Below, piece after piece: positions 42,613 through 56,756 of a stretch of DNA of 64,000 nt. Source of the stretch: Octopus vulgaris. Taxonomy: Eukaryota. The stretch spans positions 44,144,001-44,208,000 of the forward strand of contig OX597817.1 of assembly GCA_951406725.2 (NCBI GenBank), in the 5' to 3' direction. Position numbers and translations under genes: made by a program. Under the pieces are notes generated by a model. The model made no database searches. It was given only the letters and a program-made list of their open reading frames with translations, and was not told where the DNA came from. Positions within the stretch are counted from its first letter, which is position 1. Each line of letters begins with the position of its first letter.

Positions 42613-43168
42613 ATCAAGTGCTTTATTGATGTATCGAAATAATGGTTTCTTAGAACAGCAACATGTATTTTATAGGCAACAGTGTACGGCAAGTTATACA
42701 TTTCAAGGATTACACCCCCCCCCATACGAAAATAAAACGTTTTATCCTTAAATTCAGCATCAAACGGACTCGAACTTGGGGTTCACAAAGAACTAACTAA
42801 TCACTACTGCAACGATTGCATTGCCGTATTGAATCAAAATATGTAAAAAAATAATTAACGGGTCTACCTAGGAATCGAAACAGAATCGCTTAATAGGTTT
42901 ATTAAAATCATATCGCAGGGTACGCAGTCAGTCTAGTGTTTAATCGTTCTGGACAAGCCAAAAAAAAAAAAAAAAAGACATATATGCAGGCCATACCTCA
43001 CTCATTCTCTCACCTTGAAGTTGCAGCATGTCTCTTTATATATTTCAAACGGTATACATGAACAGTTCGAAATACTGATAGAATCATTCTGGAAATCTTG
43101 ACGTTTCCTAAGTTTCCGACTACACTTTAAATTTACACTCACACACATACTCAATTACATACGTACGA

Positions 43169-43174
<6 letters not shown>

Positions 43175-43210
<36 letters not shown>

Positions 43211-43271
43211 GTACTTGTATATATATATGTGTGTATATATATATATATATATACATATGTACTTGTATATA

Positions 43272-43314
<43 letters not shown>

Positions 43315-43445
43315 GTACTTGTATATATATATGTATATATATATATATATATACATATGTACTTGTATATATATATGTATATATATATATATATATATAC
43401 ATATGTACTTGTATATATATATATGTGTATATATATATATATATA
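43175..43445. repeat. Higher-order microsatellite, ~5 copies: (TA)n + CATATGTACTTG
   Basis: Unit directly visible. Confidence 0.9.
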
Positions 43446-44234
43446 CGCATACATACATACACACAGACATTACCTTCAATTAGCAATGCGTTAAGAAGAG
43501 TGATGTTTCAAAGTAATATTTAACTTCATATATATATGTGTGTATGTGTATATTTTATACAATATTTCGTCTATTGAAATCTCCATATCTGGCTTGTATA
43601 TGACTGTCACTCTGTTATAGACTCTTTCTCTTCTCTCTTGATGTATGTCTGTGTATATATATATATAATTATCAGCATATACATACATTCATAAACACGA
43701 AGACACACACATATATAGAATATTATCATACATATAAATACCTGTATGCTTACTTAGATCCACACCTATGCTCCCTTGCATATACTCTCTCTCTCTCTCT
43801 CTCTCTCATGTTCTCTCAATAGAGATAAGGGCACATCAGTAAAAAGAAACATAATAAAAACAAATAACTAAAAGACGTTATAGTTATTTGAATGAACTAT
43901 TTAACATTTACAGAACCAATGGTGTAATTCGAACTCGGAACTCCGAGGCAGAAGACTATTTAGAATCAATTCGGTGTTCTTCCGAATTCCTACAAACTTC
44001 ACCATGTCTACATTTTTATATATACACTGACCTGTACATTTAGAAAGCCGTACAGACACACATAAAAAAATCATGGATGCAGAGTGAAGAAGAAGCAGGT
44101 GATATGTATGTATGTGTGTAATTACGTAAACATATATCTATATGTGTAAGTGTCTATATGATATATACTATATACACTCACTCACTCATACATAGATATA
44201 TGTTTGTGCATATATAGGTACATACATTTACCGA

Positions 44235-44291
<57 letters not shown>

Positions 44292-44399
44292 GTGTGTGTA
44301 TATATGTATATATATATATGTTTGTATGTGTGTGTATGTGTACATATATATATGTACACATATATATGTCTACATTCATACAAACATGCATATACGTAT

Positions 44400-44442
<43 letters not shown>

Positions 44443-44465
44443 CACTTAACACTATTACATACATT

Positions 44466-44513
<48 letters not shown>

Positions 44514-44907
44514 TATACACACATATATGCGTATAGAATTTGAAATATATTTCTCGACTGTTTTTGTATAGTTATATAAATCTATGTATTATGTTTGGCG
44601 GAATATGCGTGTGTGAAGGGAGAGCAAGAAAGGCAGAGAGAAAGAGCAAATGAAAAGGAGAGTTCTCTTGTATATTTTGCAACCATACCAAATGCATATT
44701 CGAGTATGTGTATTCCTACGTCACCTCTTTCTTTTACTTACCACTTTCGCGAGCCAGCGAGCGATTCTTTACGCGATCGGTCGACAGGCTTAAAAAATAG
44801 CAGCCACGTCTACCTCATATAAACAAAACCCAACGTTAATAAGATAAATAAATAAACAACCCCAAAACCCAAACTTCGCAAAATAGAGGAATTATATGCT
44901 CGACAAC

Positions 44908-44958
<51 letters not shown>

Positions 44959-45266
44959 CATATATTTATATATATATAAAACATGGACGAAATGTTCTAG
45001 CCTAGCGCCCGCTCGATCATAAGACCGCTTGATTGCTTTGATCACGGCTGCCCCGGGTCTAAACGTCAAACTCATCACTTTTTCTTATCCCCGTTTTCTG
45101 CTCCCTTTTAAGAACGGCACACCTGTAGAATGTATATGTGTCAGCGTACATATAAGTCTGTGTATGTATGTACGTGTGTGTTATTGTGTGTGTGTATGTA
45201 TAGGAATGATTAGTGTGTCTTTGATGATTTACTTAGAGGATGCACAACTGTTTGCTTTCGACTTAC

Positions 45267-45603
45267 CTGAGACATGATAGTGAAGCGTTATTTATATTAA
45301 AACAATCCTTCTCTTTTGGTTCGGGTGCTTTTTTTTTGTTGGTTTTCTTGTAAGTCAGTAACCGCTGTTTTTAATAGCAGTCAACATCCATCCTCGTATC
45401 CGGCTATCCTTGTAGTATAAAGTTAGCTGTAGTGATTATACTTCTTTTTCTTTTTTTTTTTTGCTTCTTCTTATTGTTGGTTATGGTGTTGTTGTAGTTG
45501 TTGGTGATGGTTTTTTTTTTTTCAAATAGTCGCAGTTTGTAGTTTCAACATTGGTGCGACTTACTAAGCACAAAGAAATACTAATGACAACAACAACGGT
45601 ATT

Positions 45604-45646
<43 letters not shown>

Positions 45647-46113
45647 GATAACAATATAACGATAATGTGTAGAAAAAGTAGGAGAAGATATGTAGTAAAG
45701 CTAATAATGAATAATAATGATGATAATAATAACAATAATTATATTTTTGTTATTTGGTAATTATTATTATTACTGTTTCACTGGAAGATGTTGCTGTTGG
45801 TCTTCTCCTTATTCTTAAATTATTATTATCATTGTTATTATTACTATTATTATTATTAATATTATATTATTATTATTATCAGTGGTGTTTGGAATAACGA
45901 CGTGGTATACTTATGAAATAACAGAAGGATCACTTTTTTTTATTCCGTGTGTTTTTGTATCCTTCCTGCAAAATGATTATAAATGGATACACATTAATAT
46001 ATATATAATATATCTATATAATTTCACATACACACAACATACATATACGTATGCGTATATATATGTATATTATTTTTACAACTCCACCTCCTTCTGGTCT
46101 GTATCAGTTATAT

Positions 46114-46168
<55 letters not shown>

Positions 46169-46760
46169 ATATATGAATATGCTTTCCTTTATATTTTTTT
46201 AGTGTAGATGTCGGTGTTTTTCAGATAGTTCAACACGTCGTTGTTGCTGATGTTGATGATGATGTTGATGTGGTTGTCGTTGTCTTTTTATTTCTTTTCT
46301 TATATTCCTTTCACCTCCTTTTTTTTCTTTTTTTTTTTTTTAAATCTCCTCTCATACAACAACTACAACTGCCAGCGAAAACCTTTCTCGTTGTTTTTGA
46401 GAAAAGATTACATTAGATCCTGCAACAAGCCTTTCTGCCCATTTTTTCCTCTCGGGATGGCGGCCGCGCTGGGCATAGAAATTCTTCCTGGCGCTCTCAT
46501 CTGCTAGCTCTGTCTTATCCGCACGCACATACACACATAACGAAAAGAGAGAGTGAGAGTGATACAGAGAAATACAGAGAGAGGGTGAAAGAGAGAACGC
46601 GAGAGAACTGAGAGTGATTCGGAGAAACAGACAGAGTTAGAGAGAGGAGGAAGAAATAGATAGCAAGAAGATTGAATGAGAGAAGAGCAAGGCTGTGAGA
46701 GCAGTCAGTCAGGCCTATTTATTGACATAGTGAGAGGGGGAGACGAAACTCTCTACATCT
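45267..46760 (-). other. Candidate first exon (long 5' UTR ending ATG TCT CAG / GTAAGT)
   Basis: Consensus donor CAG/GTAAGT at 45267; ATG at 45275 with A at -3; upstream TATA-like box; almost no transposons. The 5' boundary is a guess. Confidence 0.35.
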
Positions 46761-46785
46761 CCGTACCATTTATTAGAGAGGCGTG

Positions 46786-46793
46786 TATTTATA
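46786..46793 (-). promoter_or_regulatory. Candidate TATA box (TATAAATA) in a CpG-retaining, GA-rich promoter-like region
   Basis: Minus-strand GTATAAATAC; CpG-rich patches at 44740-44790, 45000-45065, 46455-46500 and 46950-47010. Confidence 0.3.
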
Positions 46794-47361
46794 CTGCAAG
46801 AGACAAATATAAAGGGTAGAGACGAAAGAGCGAGAGGATGAGGCAGCGAGAGACAGTGGAGAGCAAGCAAGAGGAGAGGAAGGAGGCAAAGAGAGCTGTA
46901 GCTTTCCTCCTCTCACTCACACTCTCGTTCACTCAGTAACAGGTGTGTGATGTCGGGAAGGTGTGCGGCTCGTGCGCAGCACTACTGGTAATGCGCTTGT
47001 GAGACGCTGAACGAGAGAGAAAGAGCGAGAGAGAGCTAAGAGAGGGGCAAAAGAGGAGCAAGTGAAAGAAAGAGTGAGAGGAAGGAGAAAATGGAGGATA
47101 GCATGTAGCGGGAAAGCGAGAGATACACGTAGAGAGAGGGAGAGAGAGAGGGGGGGGTAGCGGAATGTAATGAAGATGTGGTTGGAAAACAGAAAGTGAT
47201 AGATTGAACTAGAAGCGTCAGAGAGATAGGAGAAGATATTGAGCGTGATTAACATAGACAAAAAGAGGGGATATTTTGAGAAAGGGGTTAGTAAATGCGA
47301 AGACAAGGAAGGATATGCAGGGGGCAAGACGGATAAAAGAAATACTGAATATGTGTATGTG

Positions 47362-47418
<57 letters not shown>

Positions 47419-47834
47419 CGAGAGAGATAGAGAAATAGAGAGATAGCGGTGAACGAGAGAAACATTCATCTATTTCTCTCAATGTTATTTTGGTGTTCGA
47501 TTCTTCCTCCATATGTATATACACATACTTATATATTGATACACACGCGCGCGCACACTCACACACATACACATATAAACAAAGCATAAATTGAATATAG
47601 AACTCAATACATAAAATGATGTTTATTTGGTTTTTTAAACGTGGCGTTAAGTTCGAAATATCGCTAAATCTGTCATTTCAAACCGTTAGAAAAACGTAAT
47701 GTCTAATATCTATTGACACAGTTTGAAAGGCCAGGTTTGGTGACAAGTCAAAGTTAATATATCACCGTCTTCACACACGCACACACACAGATACACACTC
47801 ACAGACACAGACGCACATACATACATACATGTAC

Positions 47835-47957
47835 CCGACCACGGCTGCATCATGTCTAACCCGCAATTTTTCCTCTTGGTGAAGTAAGCCTATAACCAGC
47901 CTAGACAAACCGGCAGATGCTTTCCTGAGGCTGTGCCCAGGTGAGGGTCGACACAGT
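47835..47957 (-). other. Candidate 123-nt internal exon
   Basis: Acceptor TATATATTTCAG; weak donor CGG/GTACAT; GC-rich unique sequence; one open frame (LCRPSPGHSLRKAS...AAVVG). Confidence 0.3.
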
Positions 47958-49362
47958 CTGAAATATATAGAATACATATACATAATTCAAATAAAAATGA
48001 GCAAAGAGAATTAACCCAGAACGGTCAGTAGCATGGATGTTGAAAATACTGAATGAAGATATATCAAATACTATACAAGGTAAACTCTTGAGTTATTCCA
48101 TTTGAGAGAAGGACAAACAAATGGCTTGTGGCAATTGCATCAACTCTAAAAAAGGGGAGATAATCTCGAGTGTCAAGAATTCTCTGTCATTAAGAAAAAA
48201 AGAGTCGGTAAAAATTACTGGTTATATTACCGGGTTTATAATTTCCGTATACACAAAACAAGGGAGACCAATCTGACAATATAGAAGTTTCTATCTTTTC
48301 AGACTTCATCAGATAAAGACTACTCACTTTCTGTCTACGAAAACATTCTTCACCTATAGTTATTTTCAGTGTGTGCAAACAGGGACACACCTAAGCTGAT
48401 CCATCTAATTTCATAACGCTGACAGATTATTTGATTATTTCATTATGTTCTTCAGATAGCTTTCATATTTTTGATTATGGGAGATGATTCTATATATAAA
48501 GTATAGCACATTTGATGATCATACTATTTTATCCTTGTTATGACAAGTAAACAAAACTGTTGCCCTACAGGCTTTTCTTCCTCTGTGGGCAGAAAATTGC
48601 GACCAACATTTGTTGACCTCTTAAATGTTACCTATTTTCTGAATTTCATTAATTAATTAACTACATAGTTAGCACGTGCACAAATGAGCAAGTTAGACTA
48701 GTGTAGATGGATCCAAGTTTATATATGTAATAAATTGCCATAAGTTATTAATTGTTTTATGGACATACGACAGTTATCTTTCCCTGATGAAGTTCTAAGA
48801 AGTAAAAAATCTACTGTGAAACCATTTTGTTTCATTCTCAAAACAAGGCTAAAATTGTATCCTTATCACAAACGACACACTTAACACTAAATTTCAAATT
48901 CTACCTCAACCCCAAACCACCAATACATACGGAGAAATTGCTCAGAATGATCAGTGGTATACATATGAAAATCTTAGACAAATACAGGTATGATAAATAT
49001 ACAATGTAACTTCTTGATTTATTAAAATTATCTCCGCCTCTAGATGATGCATCTCAATTACGAAATAGCGTCTAAGAACAGGTTTATATGAGAAGGTGAA
49101 ATTATCTCAAGAATCTTGGTAAGCTGGCCTACCATAAATGAAAATGGCAGACTTATTAGCTGGAGAGAAAAGGATAATCGAGGACACCTGTTCTACCTCA
49201 ACAGGCGTCATCAGCACGACAAGTGTACTAACCTATCTTCAGCAACCAAGGGAGTTAAGCCATAACTATGTTGTACTAGTTTTTGTATATGTCTAAATAA
49301 TTTGCATAAATTAAACAAAAATGAGCTAAGAAATACAGGCAATTGCTATAGACAAATACAGT

Positions 49363-49407
<45 letters not shown>

Positions 49408-49693
49408 TGATTGATTGATTGGCAGCATGACCTTCGAAATGTACACTATATATAAATTTATATATCAGTCTATGTTTTCCTCCTGTTCTTTCTTTCTTTC
49501 TTTCTTTCTTTCTTTTTATTTATTTGTTTATTTCTTTAATCCCTTCGTTTTCAGTTTCGATATCTTTATCTTTTATCGTTTCTTTGCCACTTTAAACTTA
49601 ATATTATCTATATCTACCTCTGAATCTGTTTCTTTAACTAACTGAACCACTCATGCATTCACGTTCACCCCCTTCCCCACTATAACTTTTTTT

Positions 49694-49770
<77 letters not shown>

Positions 49771-50024
49771 CTTCTATCTATCTATCTATCCTTCTCTCTA
49801 TCACTTCGTTCTTCACTTCTGTCTCTCCCCATGTCGCTTCCACTTTATTCTACATTTAGTACTGGTGCTTGATTCTGCCCATTCCTCCTTCAGCCGGTCA
49901 TAATGCGCCACTCTGGCTTTGATTACCTACAGTCTTCACTCTTCTATATACATTTCAGCCATATTCTAGCCGACGCCTCAACACTATCGTCGGTGCCATC
50001 TTCATCAACCTCACCTCACCACAC

Positions 50025-50084
<60 letters not shown>

Positions 50085-50175
50085 ATATATATATATAGCT
50101 TTGACTCTCTTTTCGCCCCTGCGATCCTGTCTTTGTCTCTCTCTGTTTCTGTCTCTCTCTCTGTCTCTGTCTCTC

Positions 50176-50215
<40 letters not shown>

Positions 50216-50308
50216 ACACTGGCTACTTCACACGATTGCAATGTAACGAATTCCATGTTTACAATGTCATTTTCGATTCTACTCTACGTTCAGTGTCTTT
50301 TTTCAACC

Positions 50309-50400
<92 letters not shown>

Positions 50401-50828
50401 TGTATGTATGTATACACACACACACACACAAACATAACTCACTCTAATTTCTCACTCTCTCTCCCTCTGTATGCTTCTAAGCTTTCCTATATATTTTGGC
50501 TCCTTACAAAGGGACATTGCCCACTTTTCTCCACTTACAGCTTTTAAGTTTTATCAATGGTTTACTAGTGTCCATCTCACATTTTGACTATCATTTCCTT
50601 CCCTCTTTCTCTCTCTCTCTCTGTCTCTCTCTCTTTCTCACACACATACACACACATCTTTCCATTTAACTTTCTGCTATCAACCGCCTTCTCTCCACAG
50701 CACATTACACAGTTCGACCAACTCTTACTCCTCATTCTCTCTCTCTCTCTCTCTCATCTGCCTTCTTCTCTATCATTTTCTCTCTTTCTCTTTCTTCATC
50801 CTTCTCTCTTTCTCCCTCGACAAACAAG

Positions 50829-50897
<69 letters not shown>

Positions 50898-51187
50898 TAG
50901 CACGAGCGGACGCGCATTGTGGTGTCAATTCCACCACTGTCTAACTATCTATCTATCTGTCTGTCTGTCTCTACCGTCTCTCTCTCTCTCTCTCTCCCTC
51001 TCTCTTTCCAAATTACACAACTCCTCTCTTTCTCAGCCTCTCTCATTCTCAAAACCTCAACGGTTCTGTTCTCTTTCTGTCACAATCGCTAACGACATCT
51101 CCCTCGTTCCTTTTACTCCTACGCCACCCACTTCCATCCCCCCACCCTTTCTTTCTCTCTCTATATATATATTAGAGAATCTTTCTG

Positions 51188-51241
<54 letters not shown>

Positions 51242-51434
51242 AGAATCTTTCTGACTCCCTCTCTCTCAGCTCCTCCGCCTCTTATATTTAGCAGTTTCTT
51301 CGATGCTTTCTATCGATATTTCACTCTTTGATCATAATAGAACCGCTGCTGTTGCTGTTGCTGCTGCTGCTGCTAATGCTGCTGCCACTGCTGCAGTTCT
51401 CTTGCTGCACTGTTCTTGTTGCTTCTGTTCCACC

Positions 51435-51467
<33 letters not shown>

Positions 51468-51850
51468 ATTCTCTTGTTGCTTCTGCTCTGCTGCTGTTGC
51501 CATTATCGCTGTGCTTCTCGAAAAACAGCAGTGATGATAATTTTGAAGGCGAGGTGGAACAATTTACTCCTCTCACTGTTACTCTTATACACAACACCTA
51601 CTCGCTCAATTAGTTTAACCGACGTTCTTGCGGTTCTGTCTTCCTTCCTGCCACCATCTCTTGCAGTTATATCCACTCGCATTGGTGTTTTGGCAGGACG
51701 GAGACAGAGATAGATAGAGATGGAGATAGAAACAGAGATAGAGAGAGAGTAATCCTTCCTTCATCCTATGTATGTATGCATGTATGTATGTAAGCATGTA
51801 AATATACATACATATGTATATAAATATATATGCATAATATTCTCTCTCCT

Positions 51851-51890
<40 letters not shown>

Positions 51891-51921
51891 TGTATGTGTG
51901 TACAGATATATGTATATATAC

Positions 51922-51956
<35 letters not shown>

Positions 51957-52416
51957 GAGAGAGAGAGACAGAGAGAGAAAGAATGAGTACATGTATGTAT
52001 GAATGCATATATATGTATATACACACATATGAATGCACAGTTATACATATGCAAATGTATGTCTCTCTCTCTCTCATATATACATATATATATGTATGTA
52101 TGTATGTGTGTATATATGCGCGTGTGTGTGTGTGTATGTGTTTGTGTGTATGTGTGTGTGTATTTATATATATATTTATTAGGTGTATGTATATATGTAT
52201 GCAAATATGTAAACTACTCCAACCAGCATACAGATAACAGCTACTACTACTGTTTCCTGACTTGCAACGAAGGTAGATGGAAGTCAAGCTGCACTCACAA
52301 GTAGCGGTTGTAGTGAAGGACTTAATAGCCGAGTTTTACATAGATTGAAAGATAGAGAGACAGAGAGAGATAGGCAGATTGATAGATGGATAGATTGACA
52401 CAGAGAGAACGAGGGC

Positions 52417-52459
<43 letters not shown>

Positions 52460-53107
52460 GGAATTGGGAGAAGGAAGGACAAATAGAGATGGATGAAATA
52501 TTAAATAAAGTGAAACAGGTGCCTAGACAAATAACACACTATCACTCTCTGTCTCTGTCTCTCTCTCTTTTCCTCACTCTCTTTCTCTCTCTCTCTCCTT
52601 CCTTCACATACGCTGAGACACACACACAGATGGATAGACAGATAGACACGAAATGTAGAGTGAAAGACATACAGACCAAAAGACAGACAGTCAGACAAAT
52701 GTATAAAGAGATAGACAGAAAGATGGATTGATAGATGGATGGATGGATGGATAGATAGAAAGCTCGCTTCATCGATGGAAATATATATTGTAAGTTGAAG
52801 CAGGGATGGCCAGATTGGGGGAAGAACGAGATCGGTCGATAAATATACGGATAGACAGATCAATAAGCTGATGGATGTGTAAATATATAGATAGATAAAG
52901 AGAGGAAGGGAAACACAGACAAATAGCTAGCGATACATGTATACATACATACATACATACATACATACATACATACATACATACATACATACATGCATAC
53001 ATACAGGCAGACATACATACATATCCACAAGTATGTAAGTATGGCATGTATGTATGAATCTCCCTCTCTCTTATATATCTATCTCTTCTTTCCTCCCTCT
53101 CTCTCAC

Positions 53108-53150
<43 letters not shown>

Positions 53151-53160
53151 GTGTGTGTGA

Positions 53161-53243
<83 letters not shown>

Positions 53244-53757
53244 GTACGAGGGTGAAATATAAAGAGAAAGGATGAGGAAGAAAACAGAAGAAGCAATAGG
53301 TTTATGTAAAGAAACTAGATAAATAAAGAGGCAGATAGACAAAAGGGGAGTGACTGAGAGTGAGGAGAGAGAGAGAGAGGAAGAGAAAAGAGAGAGAGAG
53401 TGAGGGAAAGAGAGAGAGAGTGAGGGAAAGAGAGAGGGAGGAAATGTCCAGAATAGAGAGAGAGAGAGAGCAAAGAGAACGAGGGAAGGTTATAGTGTGA
53501 AGTCTACTACTGTTTGGGATGCTGCTGCTTGGTGCTGTTGCTGCTGCTGCTGTTGTTGGTGTAGCTGGTGCTAATGCACAACTAAACTGGAAGTGGTAAG
53601 GTAGTGGGTGGGCGGATTGTGATGGTGGTGGTGGTGGTGGTGGTGGTGGTGATGGTGATGGTGGCGGTGTTAGTAGAAGATGTTGAATAGTAGTCACTGT
53701 AGAAGACACAACTGTCGCGATGCTGGAGTAAGACTGAGATCTAGAAATATTCAGCTG

Positions 53758-53960
<203 letters not shown>

Positions 53961-54010
53961 CCGGTAGTAAATGACGGAAGCAGCAGCAGCCCCCTGAGAG
54001 TCCCACTCAC

Positions 54011-54201
54011 CCCTCTCCTATAACGTCATCTTTCACACACAAGACCCACTCCTTGGTGCTAGCTTGAGCCCATAACAATATGTTATAGGCTCAAGCTAGC
54101 ACCAAGAAGTGGGTCATTAAAGGTATCAAGCTTGAATTGAAAGGGACCCCTTAATTGTATTAAGATTTCTTGCGCCGCATCAGGCCGCACCCAGAGTATT
54201 A
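54011..54201 (-). other. Candidate 191-nt exon containing a long hairpin
   Basis: Acceptor TTCTTATTCTGTTCAG and donor GGG/GTGAGT; stops in all three frames. Confidence 0.4.
54043..54115. repeat. 35-bp inverted repeat with a 3-nt loop
   Basis: GACCCACTCCTTGGTGCTAGCTTGAGCCCATAACA-ATA-TGTTATAGGCTCAAGCTAGCACCAAGAAGTGGGTC; 33 of 35 pairs are Watson-Crick. Confidence 0.97.
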
Positions 54202-54599
54202 CTGAACAGAATAAGAACATACATGCTCTTACACTCTCACATACGCACTCACGTACGATACACACACAGACAGTCATGCACACACACACACACATACACA
54301 CACACGTACGCATACATACGCACAAACCTATTTTGCCTCATAGTTCTTTGTCTTGATAGGTCATGCATCATAGCTTGCACAGCATATCATAGGCATCATA
54401 GTTCACGCATCGTAAATCATATCACAATTCATATATCACAGCTCGTATACCATATCTCATACATCATATTTCATACACTAAATGCCACTTTATCGTAACT
54501 CTTTCATCTTAGCTTATACATCATAACTCTTACATCATAGTTCTCTGACGTATAAAGCTGACGTATGCACCGTAGCTCCTGCATCATAGCTTATGACGG

Positions 54600-55327
54600 C
54601 TGTTTCTCGAAGTCCGAGAAAGACTCTCCTGTAGTTTCTTGCTGAATAACCAACACAAATGATTTGTTTATAGTGATCAAATGTCTGCGCTGTACATTAG
54701 TTCACTCCCTCCATCAAATCGACGTTTCCTGAAGAAATGACGGTGTACCGCACGTCAGGTGTCGAAGTGATCGCAAGGCAACCTGAGATGAAGTGTTTTG
54801 GATCTTTTCGGTTTGAACGGCAGTTTTTTCTAGCGGTATCATATGAAATTGTCACCCATAATTATGACCCTAGTATCGATCTATTGCATTTCAATCTGTT
54901 TTAGAGTTAGAGTTAGTTAGAGTTAGGGGTGGGGGAAGGGTATCTTTTTTTATTCACAAATGTAAATAAACCCAATCTGTTTCTTAAACGAGGGACATAT
55001 TCATACGGCACAGAATGTTTTTACCTCAATAGACGTCAGTGATTGGTTGAAATTGCAGAAATTGAAGAAAAAACAACAACAAATATCTTACAAACTATAG
55101 AATTTTCTCAATAAAGCCAAGAGAAAATGATGTTTTATAAACACATTCTACTAGTATACGAAGTTTAAAATTTTTTAGTTACCTAGAAATTATGTTAAAA
55201 ACTGCCGTTCAAACCCAAAAGATCCAGTGTTTTTTCTCAAGAACCCAACATGCCATCCTGTCCAAAAGTTGAAACCGCAATCTCGCGATCATGATGCAAC
55301 ACTCACTATTAGGCCATGCGCCTTCAC
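54600..55327 (-). mobile_element. SINE family E interrupted by a DNA transposon
   Basis: Homologous to 35280-35525; tRNA-like head at the right end; split at AGTGTTTT. Confidence 0.75.
54800..55225. mobile_element. Non-autonomous TIR element with 8-bp TSD (Merlin-like), 426 bp
   Basis: TIRs GGATCTTTTSGGTTTGAACGGCAGTTTTT; perfect TSD AGTGTTTT (54792-54799 / 55226-55233). Superfamily inferred from GG termini and the 8-bp TSD. Confidence 0.9.
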
Positions 55328-55924
55328 ATCATAGTTTATACTTCTTAGCTAACACACCATCGCTGGGTACAACCAGTCGTCACTTATGAAGTATGACTTG
55401 GTTACATGTACCATGCTTTCGCTAAATGCTTTGAGTGCTCATGTTGAGGATAGTAGACAAAGACACCCTCTTGGCCCTAAAAAGCTTCAACGAAGGAAAC
55501 ATTCAAGATATGACAGCCGAAGAGAATTCGGAAAAGGCTGTTCTGTTACTGGGCTGGTGCTCACTTACTACTGTATAAAGAGTAACAACGTGAAGTACCT
55601 TGCTCAAGGACACACTACACCACTCAGTTCAGGAATTCACTACTTTATGATTATGAGCGAAGAATCTTAAACACAAGTTCACGCGCCTTGCCAACACTTC
55701 GTAACTCGTACATTTATTTTTATGTCGACCTCAATAAAAGGAAGTTCTAGACAAAAACAAAAAAAGATAGAAAAACAGAAGACAAAAATAATGAATAATA
55801 AAAAAATAAAACTCATAAAAATTTGCCTCATAATTCATGCACTATAGCTTGTAAGTCAACAGCGTTTTAAATAGATTCGCTTATTTCGCGGAATTGTGCT
55901 GAAGGCTGTCACATTAATGGTATG

Positions 55925-56410
55925 GAAGTTGGTGAGCTGGACACAATTCTAAGCGGCATTTCGTCCGTTTTTTGAGTTCAAATTCCGCCGATTTACCCTT
56001 CATTCTCGAAATAAGTACCAGTCGAGTACTGGCAAAAATGCGTTGCGTCATTTTACGCTCTAGGTTCAAGTATCACCGAAACCAACTCTGTCTTTGATCC
56101 TTTCAGGGTCAATAAAATAAACACCAGTCGAACAGTGAAGTCGCTGTAATCGTATTACTTTAAATTTGTCGGTTTTGTGCTAATTTTTGTAACCATTATT
56201 AGTGGTATGGAAAGACGGTGGGTTAGCAGAATCGTTCGAGCGTCAGAAAAATAATCCTGAGTCTTTGCGTTCTGAGATCAAATTCTGTTGGAAGCAACTT
56301 TTCATCCCACAGGGGCGATAAATAAAATACCAGTCATGTATTGGGATTGATGGTACCGACTAATCCTGTCCCTTCAAAACTGATGTTCTTTTGCCTAACT
56401 TAGAAACCTT
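55925..56410 (+). mobile_element. Tandem cluster of old, degenerate SINE A-like units
   Basis: At least three decayed TTCAAATTC...TTTCATCC...ATAAA..ACCAGTC modules. Confidence 0.65.
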
Positions 56411-56501
56411 TGTTTTGTGGCACAGAGGACAGAACAGGCGTAGCAATTTCGTATCACTCCCGCTTCACTTTACCTCCTGGTAACTTGAAATTTTGTTTAA
56501 A

Positions 56502-56723
56502 CCCTTTAGCATTTAAACCGGCCATATTCGGCCAAAATATTCTTCCTGACTTATGTCCAAGCCTGCCAGGTCTGGCTTCTCACACCTACCCTATAATGTC
56601 ATTCTAAAAAATAAAACAGTCACATTACAGAAACCTTGAACTTATGAGATGATGCATGATTAATTCAAAGCAATGTGAGTAAATAAGAATTAGATTTGAG
56701 AGAGTGATCTGAATGCTAAATGG
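56502..56723. mobile_element. piggyBac-like MITE
   Basis: Left end CCCTTTAGCATTTAAA; right end reverse complement CCATTTAGCATTCAGA; flanked by TTAA(A) and TTAA. Confidence 0.7.
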
Positions 56724-56756
56724 TTAAATGACCCTTACATAGAAAGTAAATTCAGC

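Noticed and set aside
48783-48810. Additional CTGATGA occurrences (also 14650, 33843, and 15569 on the minus strand)
   Set aside because: No stem II + GAAAC + stem I pairing is present, so they were not counted as hammerheads.
51303-51713. PolyQ/polyA transcription-factor-like exon
   Set aside because: It is a CTG-rich duplicated low-complexity tract with no recognisable domain or convincing splice sites.
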